From an uncultured Candidatus Saccharibacteria bacterium (lineage in GTDB: Bacteria; Patescibacteriota; Saccharimonadia; Saccharimonadales; Saccharimonadaceae), in assembly GCA_964429055.1 (NCBI GenBank), contig CAYSAK010000003.1:5962-69961 (forward strand): DNA of 64,000 nucleotides, written 5' to 3'. The position numbers and the translations under genes were made by a program. The notes below the pieces were generated by a model. It saw only the letters and a program-made list of their open reading frames with translations. It had not been told where the DNA came from and made no database searches. Below, in pieces: positions 10,501 to 18,262 of the stretch; within the stretch, counting starts at the first letter, position 1; the number at the start of each line of letters is the position of its first letter.

Positions 10501-13500
10501 GATAAACCGAGGAAGGATCCACTACGTTTACAGTTATGATATTGCTATTTGTAGCATGGGAATCCGTACCAGTAATCGAGATGTAAGCTGTGCCTTCGGC
10601 TACACCAGTTACCACGCCAGTCGAAGAATCAACTGTAGCTATACTGGTGTTACTTGATGAGAATGTAAAGGTTTCAAGGTCAGTTGCATTTGCTACCGAA
10701 GCGGTGGTGTTACCACCCTCTACCACCGTAAGGGTATTATTGGAAACTTGAGCAAGTGCTACTGTACCTTTCCATTGAGCATAATAAGTTGTATCGCCAC
10801 TTGGCACTGTTGTACTAGAAATTTGAGTTCCACCAGAAGACGCAGTGTACCAACCTTGGAAAATATGATCGGTATAGGTTGGATCAGTCTGTGGGTAAGC
10901 TGTATTTAACTCACTACCAGGAGTGATTGTTTCCGTAAAGGTCGCTGTTCCGTTTTGGCGATCAAAAGTGATCACATAATTTGCCGGCGGCACAAAGTAT
11001 TTTTCAAGGTATGCTTCAGGAAATACGATTGTCGCACGTGGCGCATTCGCAGAAGTATTACCATGCGTTAAGCCACGACTCCTCGTCTGAATCCGGTTAT
11101 TATAATTAGTCTGTTTTTCGAGCCAAATACCATCGGTAATCGTGGTGTTTGCAAAGGCTGATTTTTCAAACAAGTATAAACTTGACCCATCGGTAGGAGT
11201 TAGACCAGCATTAGTGCCACCCCAAAGACCGTTGGTAATTTCAGGATAGGTCATGAATCGAGCCGCCTTGCCAGCGTAATCACCATCTGAATAAGTCACT
11301 AGGTGTGGGTTATCCCAAACCGGAGTTGAAGGACTCTGTGGGTCTAGCACAGCATTCGGAAGATAAGTGAGTGCATTGTTGTAAGATTGACTTATATTTG
11401 TTAAGTTAGCATAATGGACTAATTTTGCATTTCCATTTTCCATACCGAAATAATAAAATCTTTCAGTCTCAGCATCATATATCCCATCATAGTCTACATC
11501 ACAATCATAAGCAGCACCAGGTTTCAAAGTCAGAGAATTTACTAGATATCCATAGGTAATATTTTGTGAAGCCGAAAAACCTGTGCTACGACAACCGCCA
11601 CCACTGCTGTCAGTAGTTTGCAAACATTGCTCAACATGAAGTTCTTCTGCAGTCCTACAAACAAAGTCGCCAGGAAGCCAATGGGCATGGTATTCAATAG
11701 AAGCCGTAATTTGTGTTGAAGTGTCTAATTTGGTGCCGGTGCCATTAGGCCCAGTATACCAACCTTCTAACACATACCCAGATCTTTCCGTATAAGGGAT
11801 CTCGGTAAGTGTTGCACCACCCCCCACCGAAAGATCACTCACGCTATAACCGCCAGCCGCATCAAACGAAACCGTATAGGAGCTACCAGTTACGGTCACC
11901 TCAATCGTTTGCGTAGTGCTGGACCTTGTGCCCGTCATTGTGATAATAGCAGTACCGGCCGCTACACCAGTTACAAGTCCAGTGGATGGATCAACTGAGG
12001 CAATGGAACTATTATTCGAACTAAATGTATATGGCTCGAGCTCAGCCGAGTTAGTGACAATAATGCTTTCTGTGTCACCTGTATTTATATTAATTGTCGA
12101 ATTTGTAATTTGCGCCAATGTAACTGTTTTTGTCCAATGCGCAGTATACGTTTCGTCAGAATCTGGCACCGTAGCTGCATTTACTAATTGGTTGCTTTCG
12201 TCATACCACCCATCAAATAGCCAATTTGTCCTAGCCGGGGTTTCTAGATTGTTGCCAATCGCATCGCCATCCACTATTAACATAGATGAACCACCCGCTA
12301 GCGTACCACCATTCACATCTAAAGTAATTTCATGCAAGTTTGATTCATCAAAATCACCTAACCTAATATACATATTACTTAATTCACCTTCAAGAATCCG
12401 CTTCCCTGCTGTACAACCTTCGGAACAATTCACATTGTCCGGGTAAGCTCCAAACCAAGCACTAAGTCCAAATTGTTGATTAAACGAAGTATAATCTTGA
12501 AGTTCAATCAACGGGCCATTATCTATGCTTGAATAAATTACGCCGTTGATTCTAAAGATTCGAATGTCAGTGCCAGCGAAAGCGTTAGTCCCAGATTTTG
12601 ATACAATTCTAGCACCATCAGTCGTGGTGGGCGCACCATAGGTCGATTTGATTTCGATCCCGCTACCATTCCGACGAATCACTAAGCCTGGCGATTTACC
12701 ACCCCACGGACTAGCGGTCACGCTAGACGACAATTTATCATTGAAGATAGTCGACTGAGATTCCGGTTGTTCAGTTGGTATATAGCGGTCGACTGTAAAA
12801 TGCACTTCGTAATCTTTGTTATAATTTGACGCACTATAAAGTGCTACTCCAGTATCAATGAATTTATAACTTGAATAATCAGAACATTCTGAACCAGAAA
12901 GATATCCATTATTTGTGTCTTCTGCTCCATCAAATATACATTTTCCCATCTGGCTCCAAACTATCGGGAATGGATCGGTTAGCCAAATTGCGTAAAGTGT
13001 AATATTGGTGCCATCCACGGTCTGATCAATCGGGTAATCGTCACCAGGCTGGTAAATTGTACCTGAGCATTCATCATTACCAGTATTAGAATTATAGGTA
13101 GTTGCGACCGTGCACCAACCACCAAACGATCTTACTGCTGTAGCGTTCATTACTGGTACGGCATTACTGAGTGCGGCATGAGAATCAGCGGCTGGCGTAC
13201 CGCCGTCAATATTTAATGCTTGTGGATTTGGCGAAGGCATACTTGTTACGGTTTCGTTAGTATTATCGTCATAGGTGATGTTATAGACGATTGAATTAGC
13301 CACTGCCATTAAGACGTAAGTATGAGTGTAGGTGTCGGCCGGCAAGCTCATGTCAATTCTGGCGCCGAAGGCAATGGTGTAAGTGTCGGCTACGTTATTT
13401 GCGGCGGTAGTAACTGCCAAAAGACTACCAGTGGTTGGCGCAATTGGTAAGAAGTTTGAATTCTGGATGGTAGTGTTGATGTTGTTACTGGTTGTGACAT

Positions 13501-13906
13501 ATTGACTTGGTTTATATCCCCATTGATTATTGTAGATGCTATTATTTGTGAAAGTTGTTTCGTCAATAGCTGTACTTATAGACGTAATTTCGTCGTCGTT
13601 TCCATTAACTAAACTCGTAGAATTCTCAGCTGCGATAATCAAACTATAGCCAGTGAAATTATCGGTCGTGACACTAATGGTGTTGTTTGCAGTTTTACCA
13701 AAAGTACCACTAGAAGAAGGAAGAATATTGATGCTGAGTAGTGGGGCGCTGTCGCTAATGGTCAAGGTGCTTTGTTTGGCAATTGCACCTGCAGAAGGAG
13801 TGTTGTGAGCGCAAAAAACAATTGTTATAAACGTGCATAGTAGTGCATACAAAATACCTTTATGTTGCACCTGTGAAATACAGTCTACTTGTCTTTTGTT
13901 TTTCAT
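7562..13906 (-). CDS. Giant (2114 aa) multidomain cell-surface protein with a C-terminal tyrosine-phosphatase domain and C-terminal TM anchor
   Basis: N-terminal signal/TM segment. Several Listeria-Bacteroides (Flg_new)-type repeats (YxVTFxxNGG...F.GWY....TLYA.W pattern). Three Big_2-like modules (TFSSN.[ST]SIA[ST]VD.STG.VTGV..GT). Two LamG/ConA-like modules (DYE[VI].FT... / MY[IV][RK]LG). A PTP domain (NVRDLGG ... HCRVGADRTG), a Ser/Pro linker, and a hydrophobic C-terminal helix followed by KNKKDEEGS. Confidence 0.85.
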   Translation of the reverse strand: MKNKRQVDCISQVQHKGILYALLCTFITIVFCAHNTPSAGAIAKQSTLTISDSAPLLSINILPSSSGTFGKTANNTISVTTDNFTGYSLIIAAENSTSLVNGNDDEITSISTAIDETTFTNNSIYNNQWGYKPSQYVTTSNNINTTIQNSNFLPIAPTTGSLLAVTTAANNVADTYTIAFGARIDMSLPADTYTHTYVLMAVANSIVYNITYDDNTNETVTSMPSPNPQALNIDGGTPAADSHAALSNAVPVMNATAVRSFGGWCTVATTYNSNTGNDECSGTIYQPGDDYPIDQTVDGTNITLYAIWLTDPFPIVWSQMGKCIFDGAEDTNNGYLSGSECSDYSSYKFIDTGVALYSASNYNKDYEVHFTVDRYIPTEQPESQSTIFNDKLSSSVTASPWGGKSPGLVIRRNGSGIEIKSTYGAPTTTDGARIVSKSGTNAFAGTDIRIFRINGVIYSSIDNGPLIELQDYTSFNQQFGLSAWFGAYPDNVNCSEGCTAGKRILEGELSNMYIRLGDFDESNLHEITLDVNGGTLAGGSSMLIVDGDAIGNNLETPARTNWLFDGWYDESNQLVNAATVPDSDETYTAHWTKTVTLAQITNSTININTGDTESIIVTNSAELEPYTFSSNNSSIASVDPSTGLVTGVAAGTAIITMTGTRSSTTQTIEVTVTGSSYTVSFDAAGGYSVSDLSVGGGATLTEIPYTERSGYVLEGWYTGPNGTGTKLDTSTQITASIEYHAHWLPGDFVCRTAEELHVEQCLQTTDSSGGGCRSTGFSASQNITYGYLVNSLTLKPGAAYDCDVDYDGIYDAETERFYYFGMENGNAKLVHYANLTNISQSYNNALTYLPNAVLDPQSPSTPVWDNPHLVTYSDGDYAGKAARFMTYPEITNGLWGGTNAGLTPTDGSSLYLFEKSAFANTTITDGIWLEKQTNYNNRIQTRSRGLTHGNTSANAPRATIVFPEAYLEKYFVPPANYVITFDRQNGTATFTETITPGSELNTAYPQTDPTYTDHIFQGWYTASSGGTQISSTTVPSGDTTYYAQWKGTVALAQVSNNTLTVVEGGNTTASVANATDLETFTFSSSNTSIATVDSSTGVVTGVAEGTAYISITGTDSHATNSNIITVNVVDPSSVYRITFDPQNGENTSYADVLVGNTIGGQMPVNNPTWANHVFQRWYDSATGNTVTSATEPTGNMTVYAEWKLDVTQAVIADNDLTVPAGESVTIGISNSSALESYTFSSNDTSIATVDASTGVVTGVNAGTVNIIMTGSQSNLTKTIEVEVTPAVVVQYRVTFNTNGGTLDNNASSTRDVDSGSAVGSLPTASKTNYRFFGWYTDDGTFYEEVDPSTVVNNNVTYYARWVEDISSFPIVFAEINACQFNGTSAITGDYCLKDEVNNTSIDKTKTYIDTGVSLYTAANYNSDYEIGFTIVDFDFDSIRQMTMMQDKYENGTNWPGLAVRRYDETNYIEFTHSMNGTKASDHSILASSVKRVVVVRQSGVIKYSINGGNLITLQDTNSLTAQNFDHTVWFGASAKSNKTPQRQSIAKITDMYVKLGAPTEYTVDLEVDGGELPANAQSNYTITIGDPVGALPTPTAPSANYTFAGWYDGNTLVSDGTQYIPTGNVVLTAHWTYSSSDTPVPFDVSNNATRGYKTIINQWVQSPVNITTFNTASPINNSTWGNTSELSEAQFWTTLKNNFETNDCKVPSYGDAATTTPNPTAWANGSVDCSKPDVYDTLIGAPLNVYLYNNQTLGAQVSYAEASDGIIRNLIPGNTYKWVKDGDNTVYGYVTVTSNNSDYGTRWVDAGTIRNVRDLGGLPADTDGDGTVDAYVKYGKLFRGEKLGTESATKLTNLGITKEYNVGDEYASDTHLSNYEYSQVIHYNFNYNSGDENNPNSNYMKAWNVVTDIMEDVTNANNPQNIYFHCRVGADRTGTVAYLLEGLLGVPDEERYQEYSLTHLSGLFDRTRYYKEKSSSNNLKFVYMLGYLKTNADILAWYMQNPNASSSLIASFKSAMTTQISSPSPAPANNPQQSLSTPSSSDSKKSTISKDTSVNDGYAAPLGVYETSIEDDFSVSETQSLSAAELAVVTATAVASGAAVSYVIAKNKKDEEGS
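7890..8490 (-). other. Protein tyrosine phosphatase domain (Y_phosphatase3-like) inside the giant surface protein
   Basis: The NxRDLGG entry motif (IRNVRDLGGLP) lies 116 aa upstream of the CX5R P-loop FHCRVGADRTGT. The P-loop is encoded at 8105-8134 (revcomp cac tgc cgt gta ggc gct gac cgg act ggc). Confidence 0.75.
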
Positions 13907-14007
13907 TAACTCTCACTCTATGTTTGTATATATAACCATTATAAGTTTATTTATCCTATTGTGCAAGTGTTTATTTTCTTAAAAATATGGTAAAAAATGT
14001 AAAAAAA

Positions 14008-14036
14008 TTGACATTTTAGCATAAGTGTGATATAAT
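14008..14036 (+). promoter_or_regulatory. Sigma70-type promoter (TTGACA-N17-TATAAT) giving a leaderless mRNA for the DUF167 gene
   Basis: TTGACA at 14008-14013, 17-nt spacer, TATAAT at 14031-14036. The ATG at 14043 is 6 nt after the -10 box and there is no SD. Confidence 0.6.
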
Positions 14037-14042
14037 AAATAT

Positions 14043-14261
14043 ATGGCAAAATATCTTGTTTTAGTTAAACCGGGTTCTTCTCAAGAAAAAATCGTCAAAA
14101 CAGGGGAATTTGAACTGATGGTTTATCTTCGGGCAAAAGCTCACGATGGTGAAGCTAATACTGCTCTAATTAAGTTGCTTTCCAAATATTTTGACGTGCC
14201 AAAAACTTCTCTTCATATAACCCAAGGTTTAAAATCTCGGCACAAAACTATAGAATTTTAG
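14043..14261 (+). CDS. DUF167 (YggU) family protein
   Basis: 72 aa. Pattern V.PGSS...I......L.V.L.A.A.DGEAN.ALI..LS..F.V.K.....T.G..SR.K.I is typical of the YggU family. The 3' end overlaps lysS by 4 nt (convergent). Confidence 0.7.
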   Translation: MAKYLVLVKPGSSQEKIVKTGEFELMVYLRAKAHDGEANTALIKLLSKYFDVPKTSLHITQGLKSRHKTIEF

Positions 14262-15709
14262 TCTTCTTTGTTCTTCATTGTTGGGAACGGTACGGCTTCC
14301 CTACCTGGCACACCTTCAAGCAGCCAGAAATTGCGTTCAGAATTACCCCAACCACAGGCTGGTGGCATACCGTATTCTAGCATTTCCACAAAATCCATAT
14401 CGAGCATTTGAGCTTCCTCGTCGCCGGCGTCGCGGGCGGCTTGTTGTTCTTTAAAACGTTCTAGCTGGTCCAAAGGATCGTTGAGCTCGGAAAAGCCATT
14501 GCCCATTTCGGTGCCGGCAATAATTGGGTGGAATCTTTCGGTAACTAATGGATTAGTGGCGGATTTTTTCGCGAGCGGCGACAGTGACAAAGGTTCTTCA
14601 ACTAACCAGTATGGCCCGGCGGAAGTTCTGCGAATCAGTTTCCAGACGTGGTCGATAAGTCTAGCATCCGACACTTCAAAATTCGTTTCTACACCATTTT
14701 CCTTCAAAATTCGAATCAATTGCACGCGATCAGGATGGAATACGTCCACGTTGAACTTTTCGCGGAGCAAATCGGCGTATTTAATGCGTGGCCACTCACA
14801 ATTCAAATCGATTTCAAAACCACCGACGTTGAATTTCAAAGTTCCCCATGTTTCGCGACAAACGTATTTAATCATTTCTTCATAAAATTTCATGCCGTCT
14901 TCGTAATTTTCGTATGCGGCGTAGGATTCAAAAGCGATGTGTTCTGGTAAATGTTCGTCATCGACGCCTTCGTTTCTAAAACGCGGGCCAATGTCGTAGA
15001 CTTTTTCAAAGCCACCGCCAAGAAGACGTTTTAAAGGAAGCTCGTGAGAAATGCGAAGATAAAAATCTTCATCTAGGGCGTTCATGTGAGTGGTAAACGG
15101 CGTAGCGTCAGCACCGCCAGTCGTGTGCTCAAGTACTGGAATGTTGATTTCGATAAAGCCATGTTGGTTCATGAAATCGCGCGTAGCTTGCCAGAATTTA
15201 GATCGGCGCACCAAGCGTTCGCGAACTTCTGGATTGACGTTCATATCAACATAACGACGACGATAGCGCTCTTCCTTGTTGGTAAATTTTTCAGGTAGTG
15301 GTCGGAGAGATTTAGTTAAGAGTCTCACGAAATTAGAAAATACGGAGATTTCGCCAGTTTGTGATTTATCTACGATACCAGTCGTTTCTACGAAATCACC
15401 AATGTCAAGTAAACGAATATCTTTTGCGCCAAATAGACCTTCCGGCGTTTCTTCTGGCACGGCTTTCATAAAAATTTGCACTTCACCCGTATAATCACGC
15501 AATTTCAAAAAAACTAGCTTGCCAAATGACCGAATGGCGGTGACGCGGCCCGCGATACAAACTTCTTGACCTTGTTTTTCATCAAAATGATTGACCACGT
15601 CAAGAATTTTGGTGTTCCGGTGGGCTTTAGCCGGGTACGGATCAATTCCGCGATTTCTGATTTCTTCTAATTTTTTTAATCTTTCGTTGCGATAGTCTTC
15701 GAGTAACAT
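14258..15709 (-). CDS. lysS: Lysine--tRNA ligase (class II)
   Basis: 483 aa. OB-fold N-domain and class II motifs GGFEKVYDIGPRFRNEG and AGTEMGNGFSELNDP. Confidence 0.95.
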   Translation of the reverse strand: MLLEDYRNERLKKLEEIRNRGIDPYPAKAHRNTKILDVVNHFDEKQGQEVCIAGRVTAIRSFGKLVFLKLRDYTGEVQIFMKAVPEETPEGLFGAKDIRLLDIGDFVETTGIVDKSQTGEISVFSNFVRLLTKSLRPLPEKFTNKEERYRRRYVDMNVNPEVRERLVRRSKFWQATRDFMNQHGFIEINIPVLEHTTGGADATPFTTHMNALDEDFYLRISHELPLKRLLGGGFEKVYDIGPRFRNEGVDDEHLPEHIAFESYAAYENYEDGMKFYEEMIKYVCRETWGTLKFNVGGFEIDLNCEWPRIKYADLLREKFNVDVFHPDRVQLIRILKENGVETNFEVSDARLIDHVWKLIRRTSAGPYWLVEEPLSLSPLAKKSATNPLVTERFHPIIAGTEMGNGFSELNDPLDQLERFKEQQAARDAGDEEAQMLDMDFVEMLEYGMPPACGWGNSERNFWLLEGVPGREAVPFPTMKNKED

Positions 15710-15727
15710 AAAATAATTATACTATAA

Positions 15728-16174
15728 TTATTTTATCTCGACAATCTTAACCTTTTTCCCGTTGAAATCAATAGTTTCGCCAGCTTTGTGACCCAAAACA
15801 GCTTTACCAATTGGCGAAGCGTCGGAAATTTTGCCTTCTAATGGATTTGCTTCAGTTGCACCAACCAGGGTGTAAGTTACTTCGTGTCCGCCCATGTCGA
15901 GGACCACTGTGGCGCCGAGCGAAACAGAGCTCTTTTTGCCACCACGAATAATTTTGGCGTTTTTCAAAATGTCTTGAATCTCTAAAATGCGGCCTTCGGC
16001 CATTTTTTGTTCACTTCTAGCGGAGCTATATTCTTCGTTTTCAGATAAATCACCAAAAGCTCTGGCCGTGGCAATCTTTTCAGCAATGGCTGGACGACCT
16101 TTAATTAGCTCTTCGAGCTCTTTTTCTAATTCTTTTTTGCCTTCGGCAGTCAGACTGATACTTTTTTTAATCAT
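15728..16174 (-). CDS. greA: Transcription elongation factor GreA
   Basis: 148 aa. Coiled-coil N-domain with GDLSENEEY and a C-terminal FKBP-like domain (SPIGKA.LG.K.G). Confidence 0.95.
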   Translation of the reverse strand: MIKKSISLTAEGKKELEKELEELIKGRPAIAEKIATARAFGDLSENEEYSSARSEQKMAEGRILEIQDILKNAKIIRGGKKSSVSLGATVVLDMGGHEVTYTLVGATEANPLEGKISDASPIGKAVLGHKAGETIDFNGKKVKIVEIK

Positions 16175-16233
16175 AGGAAAGCTCCAATTTTAAACCGTTA
16201 TAAGTTTATCTTAAATCTATTTCAATGTCAATA

Positions 16234-17451
16234 CTAAATTTCAGATAGTTTGACAAGTTTTGACTCGCCGGTGCGACGATTTGTCACTTCGGCAGAATCC
16301 GAAGCAAGAGTCTTGTCGGAAACTACTACACGGTATGGAATACCCATCAGTTCGGCGTCGGCAAATTTTTCACCCGGACGAGCGTCGCGGTCATCAAATA
16401 ATACTTCGTTTTCGCGCCCTTTGTACCATTCCTCGGCCTTTTTAGTACCTTCTTCGCCAATACCGACTAGATAGTATTTGAACGGAGCAATTGATTCTGG
16501 CCAGCAGAGGCCTTTTTCATCAGCAAATTTTTCGGCAATTACCCCCATCACGCGGGACACACCAAAGCCATAGCAGCCCATGTAGACGGTTTTCATTTCA
16601 TTGTTGTCACTGGAGAATTTTAACCCTAAAGGTTCGGAATATTTGAATTTTAGTTTGAAGATATTTCCTACTTCCGCGGCAGTAGTTTCAGCAAATTCAG
16701 TTCCAGTAACACCAAGATCAGCCAAAACCTCATCGTTATAGACTTCTTTATTTAGTACTACTGAATGGTCCTGATTATAGTAAATCGTGTCTTCGCCTAC
16801 TGGCAACACAGTTTGATATTCATGTGAATATTTGGAGAAAATTCCACCACTCGCGAACGCTTCATAAGTATCTTCTCCGAGCCCAATTCTTTCAAAAATG
16901 CGCGTGTAGGCTTTTTCAACTTCTTTATAAAATCTGTCCAAATCTTCCTCTGAAGTATGGAAACTGTAGAGATCTTTCATTAAAAATTCGCGTCCGCGCA
17001 TCAAACCAGACTTGGCGCGGAGTTCATTTCTAAACTTGGTTTGGAATTGATAAACGTAAAGTGGCAAATCCTTGTAGCTAGCAATATAAGATTTCAACAT
17101 ATTCACAATTGGCTCTTCGTGAGTTGGTGCGAGACCTAATTTACCACCAGAAGAGAGTTCAGTTTTGAACCAAATATCGACTGCTTGGTCGTTAAATCTA
17201 CCGGTCTTTTCCCAAGGTTCTGGATTTTGCAGAGATGACATTAAAACTTCTTGGCAGCCAAGAGCATCTAGTTCTTCACGTACGATGCGCTTGATGTTTT
17301 CAATTACTCGGAGCCCCAAAGGTAGATAATCATACACTCCGGCCATTTCTTTATGCACATAACCTGCGCGGGTTAGTAATACGCCATTTCGCGCGATTTC
17401 GTCTTTTGGCGCTTCGCGCAAAGTTTTCACAAAAGTATTTGAAAGTCTCAT
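16234..17451 (-). CDS. proS: Proline--tRNA ligase, bacterial-type but lacking the INS editing domain
   Basis: 405 aa. N-terminus MRLSNTFVKTLREAPKDE...RAGY, class II motifs (FRNELRAKSGLMRGREF; GCYGFGVSR), and a C-terminal anticodon-binding domain. Only ~40 aa sit where the ~180-aa INS normally lies. Confidence 0.88.
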   Translation of the reverse strand: MRLSNTFVKTLREAPKDEIARNGVLLTRAGYVHKEMAGVYDYLPLGLRVIENIKRIVREELDALGCQEVLMSSLQNPEPWEKTGRFNDQAVDIWFKTELSSGGKLGLAPTHEEPIVNMLKSYIASYKDLPLYVYQFQTKFRNELRAKSGLMRGREFLMKDLYSFHTSEEDLDRFYKEVEKAYTRIFERIGLGEDTYEAFASGGIFSKYSHEYQTVLPVGEDTIYYNQDHSVVLNKEVYNDEVLADLGVTGTEFAETTAAEVGNIFKLKFKYSEPLGLKFSSDNNEMKTVYMGCYGFGVSRVMGVIAEKFADEKGLCWPESIAPFKYYLVGIGEEGTKKAEEWYKGRENEVLFDDRDARPGEKFADAELMGIPYRVVVSDKTLASDSAEVTNRRTGESKLVKLSEI

Positions 17452-17476
17452 AATAAGACTATTATATCACACTAAG

Positions 17477-18262
17477 CTAAGCGCTGAGACCGAGGACATA
17501 TAATAAATAAAACGCTACGCCGTTTTTAATCATATGTGTCAGAATCCCAGCGTAAATTGTGCCAGTAACTTCGCGTAAGACGCATAAAACCACGGAAAGT
17601 GCGAAGACATTAACACCGACATTCCATTGTAAATGGATAATACCAAACAAAACTGATACCACTAAAATTGAAATGGCGATGCCCCATTTTTCTGAGACCT
17701 TTTTATGGAGTAGTTGGCGGATTTTGCCATATAAAAAGCCACGGAAGATGATTTCTTCGGCGATTGGTGCGACAACTACTAGAGTTAAAAACGCAACAAT
17801 ACGATCGGTTCCTGCCATGAAGGCGTTGAAGCCGGTAGCTTGCGCTTCTTCGGCATTGAACCAAGGAAAAATAGTGAAGAGAGCAACTAAAAGTGCCGCA
17901 AGCAACGTGGCAACGATAAAACTAACTGGACCAAGCCCGACGTCTGTCCAAGTTGGCCAGCCGCGAAGACCTAAATCATCGCGTGAGACAAATTCAGCTT
18001 TTTTACTTTTGTGCCATTTTGCGGTGATTGCTGGTGGAACCCAAATGATGAGTGCCATAGCTAGCACATAGGTAATTGCTGAGTAGATAGCCGTCCAGAC
18101 TGGTTGCGCAAGAACATCTTTCGAAAGTAGGCGAACCATTAAAAATCCCACTATAAATTGGACTGCTAGTACCGACACTACCACCCATAAACACATTAAA
18201 ATTATTTTTCTAGCAACTGGCCACCAGTCAAACTTTGGTGCTCTACTCTTCTTCTTTTTCAT
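17477..18262 (-). CDS. CPBP family intramembrane glutamic endopeptidase (CAAX-protease-like)
   Basis: 261 aa, polytopic. Motifs EEIIFRG, FGIIH and THMIKN. Confidence 0.85.
   Translation of the reverse strand: MKKKKSRAPKFDWWPVARKIILMCLWVVVSVLAVQFIVGFLMVRLLSKDVLAQPVWTAIYSAITYVLAMALIIWVPPAITAKWHKSKKAEFVSRDDLGLRGWPTWTDVGLGPVSFIVATLLAALLVALFTIFPWFNAEEAQATGFNAFMAGTDRIVAFLTLVVVAPIAEEIIFRGFLYGKIRQLLHKKVSEKWGIAISILVVSVLFGIIHLQWNVGVNVFALSVVLCVLREVTGTIYAGILTHMIKNGVAFYLLYVLGLSA

Noticed and set aside
7562-13906. Several 60-176-aa ORFs on the plus strand inside the giant gene (for example 11916-12446, 9461-9757, 10382-10657)
   Set aside because: All lie antisense within a continuous, domain-rich 2114-aa ORF. 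They have no promoters or SDs and their compositions are implausible.
17559-18071. 170-aa plus-strand ORF
   Set aside because: It is antisense within the CPBP protease gene, which has clear family motifs on the minus strand.
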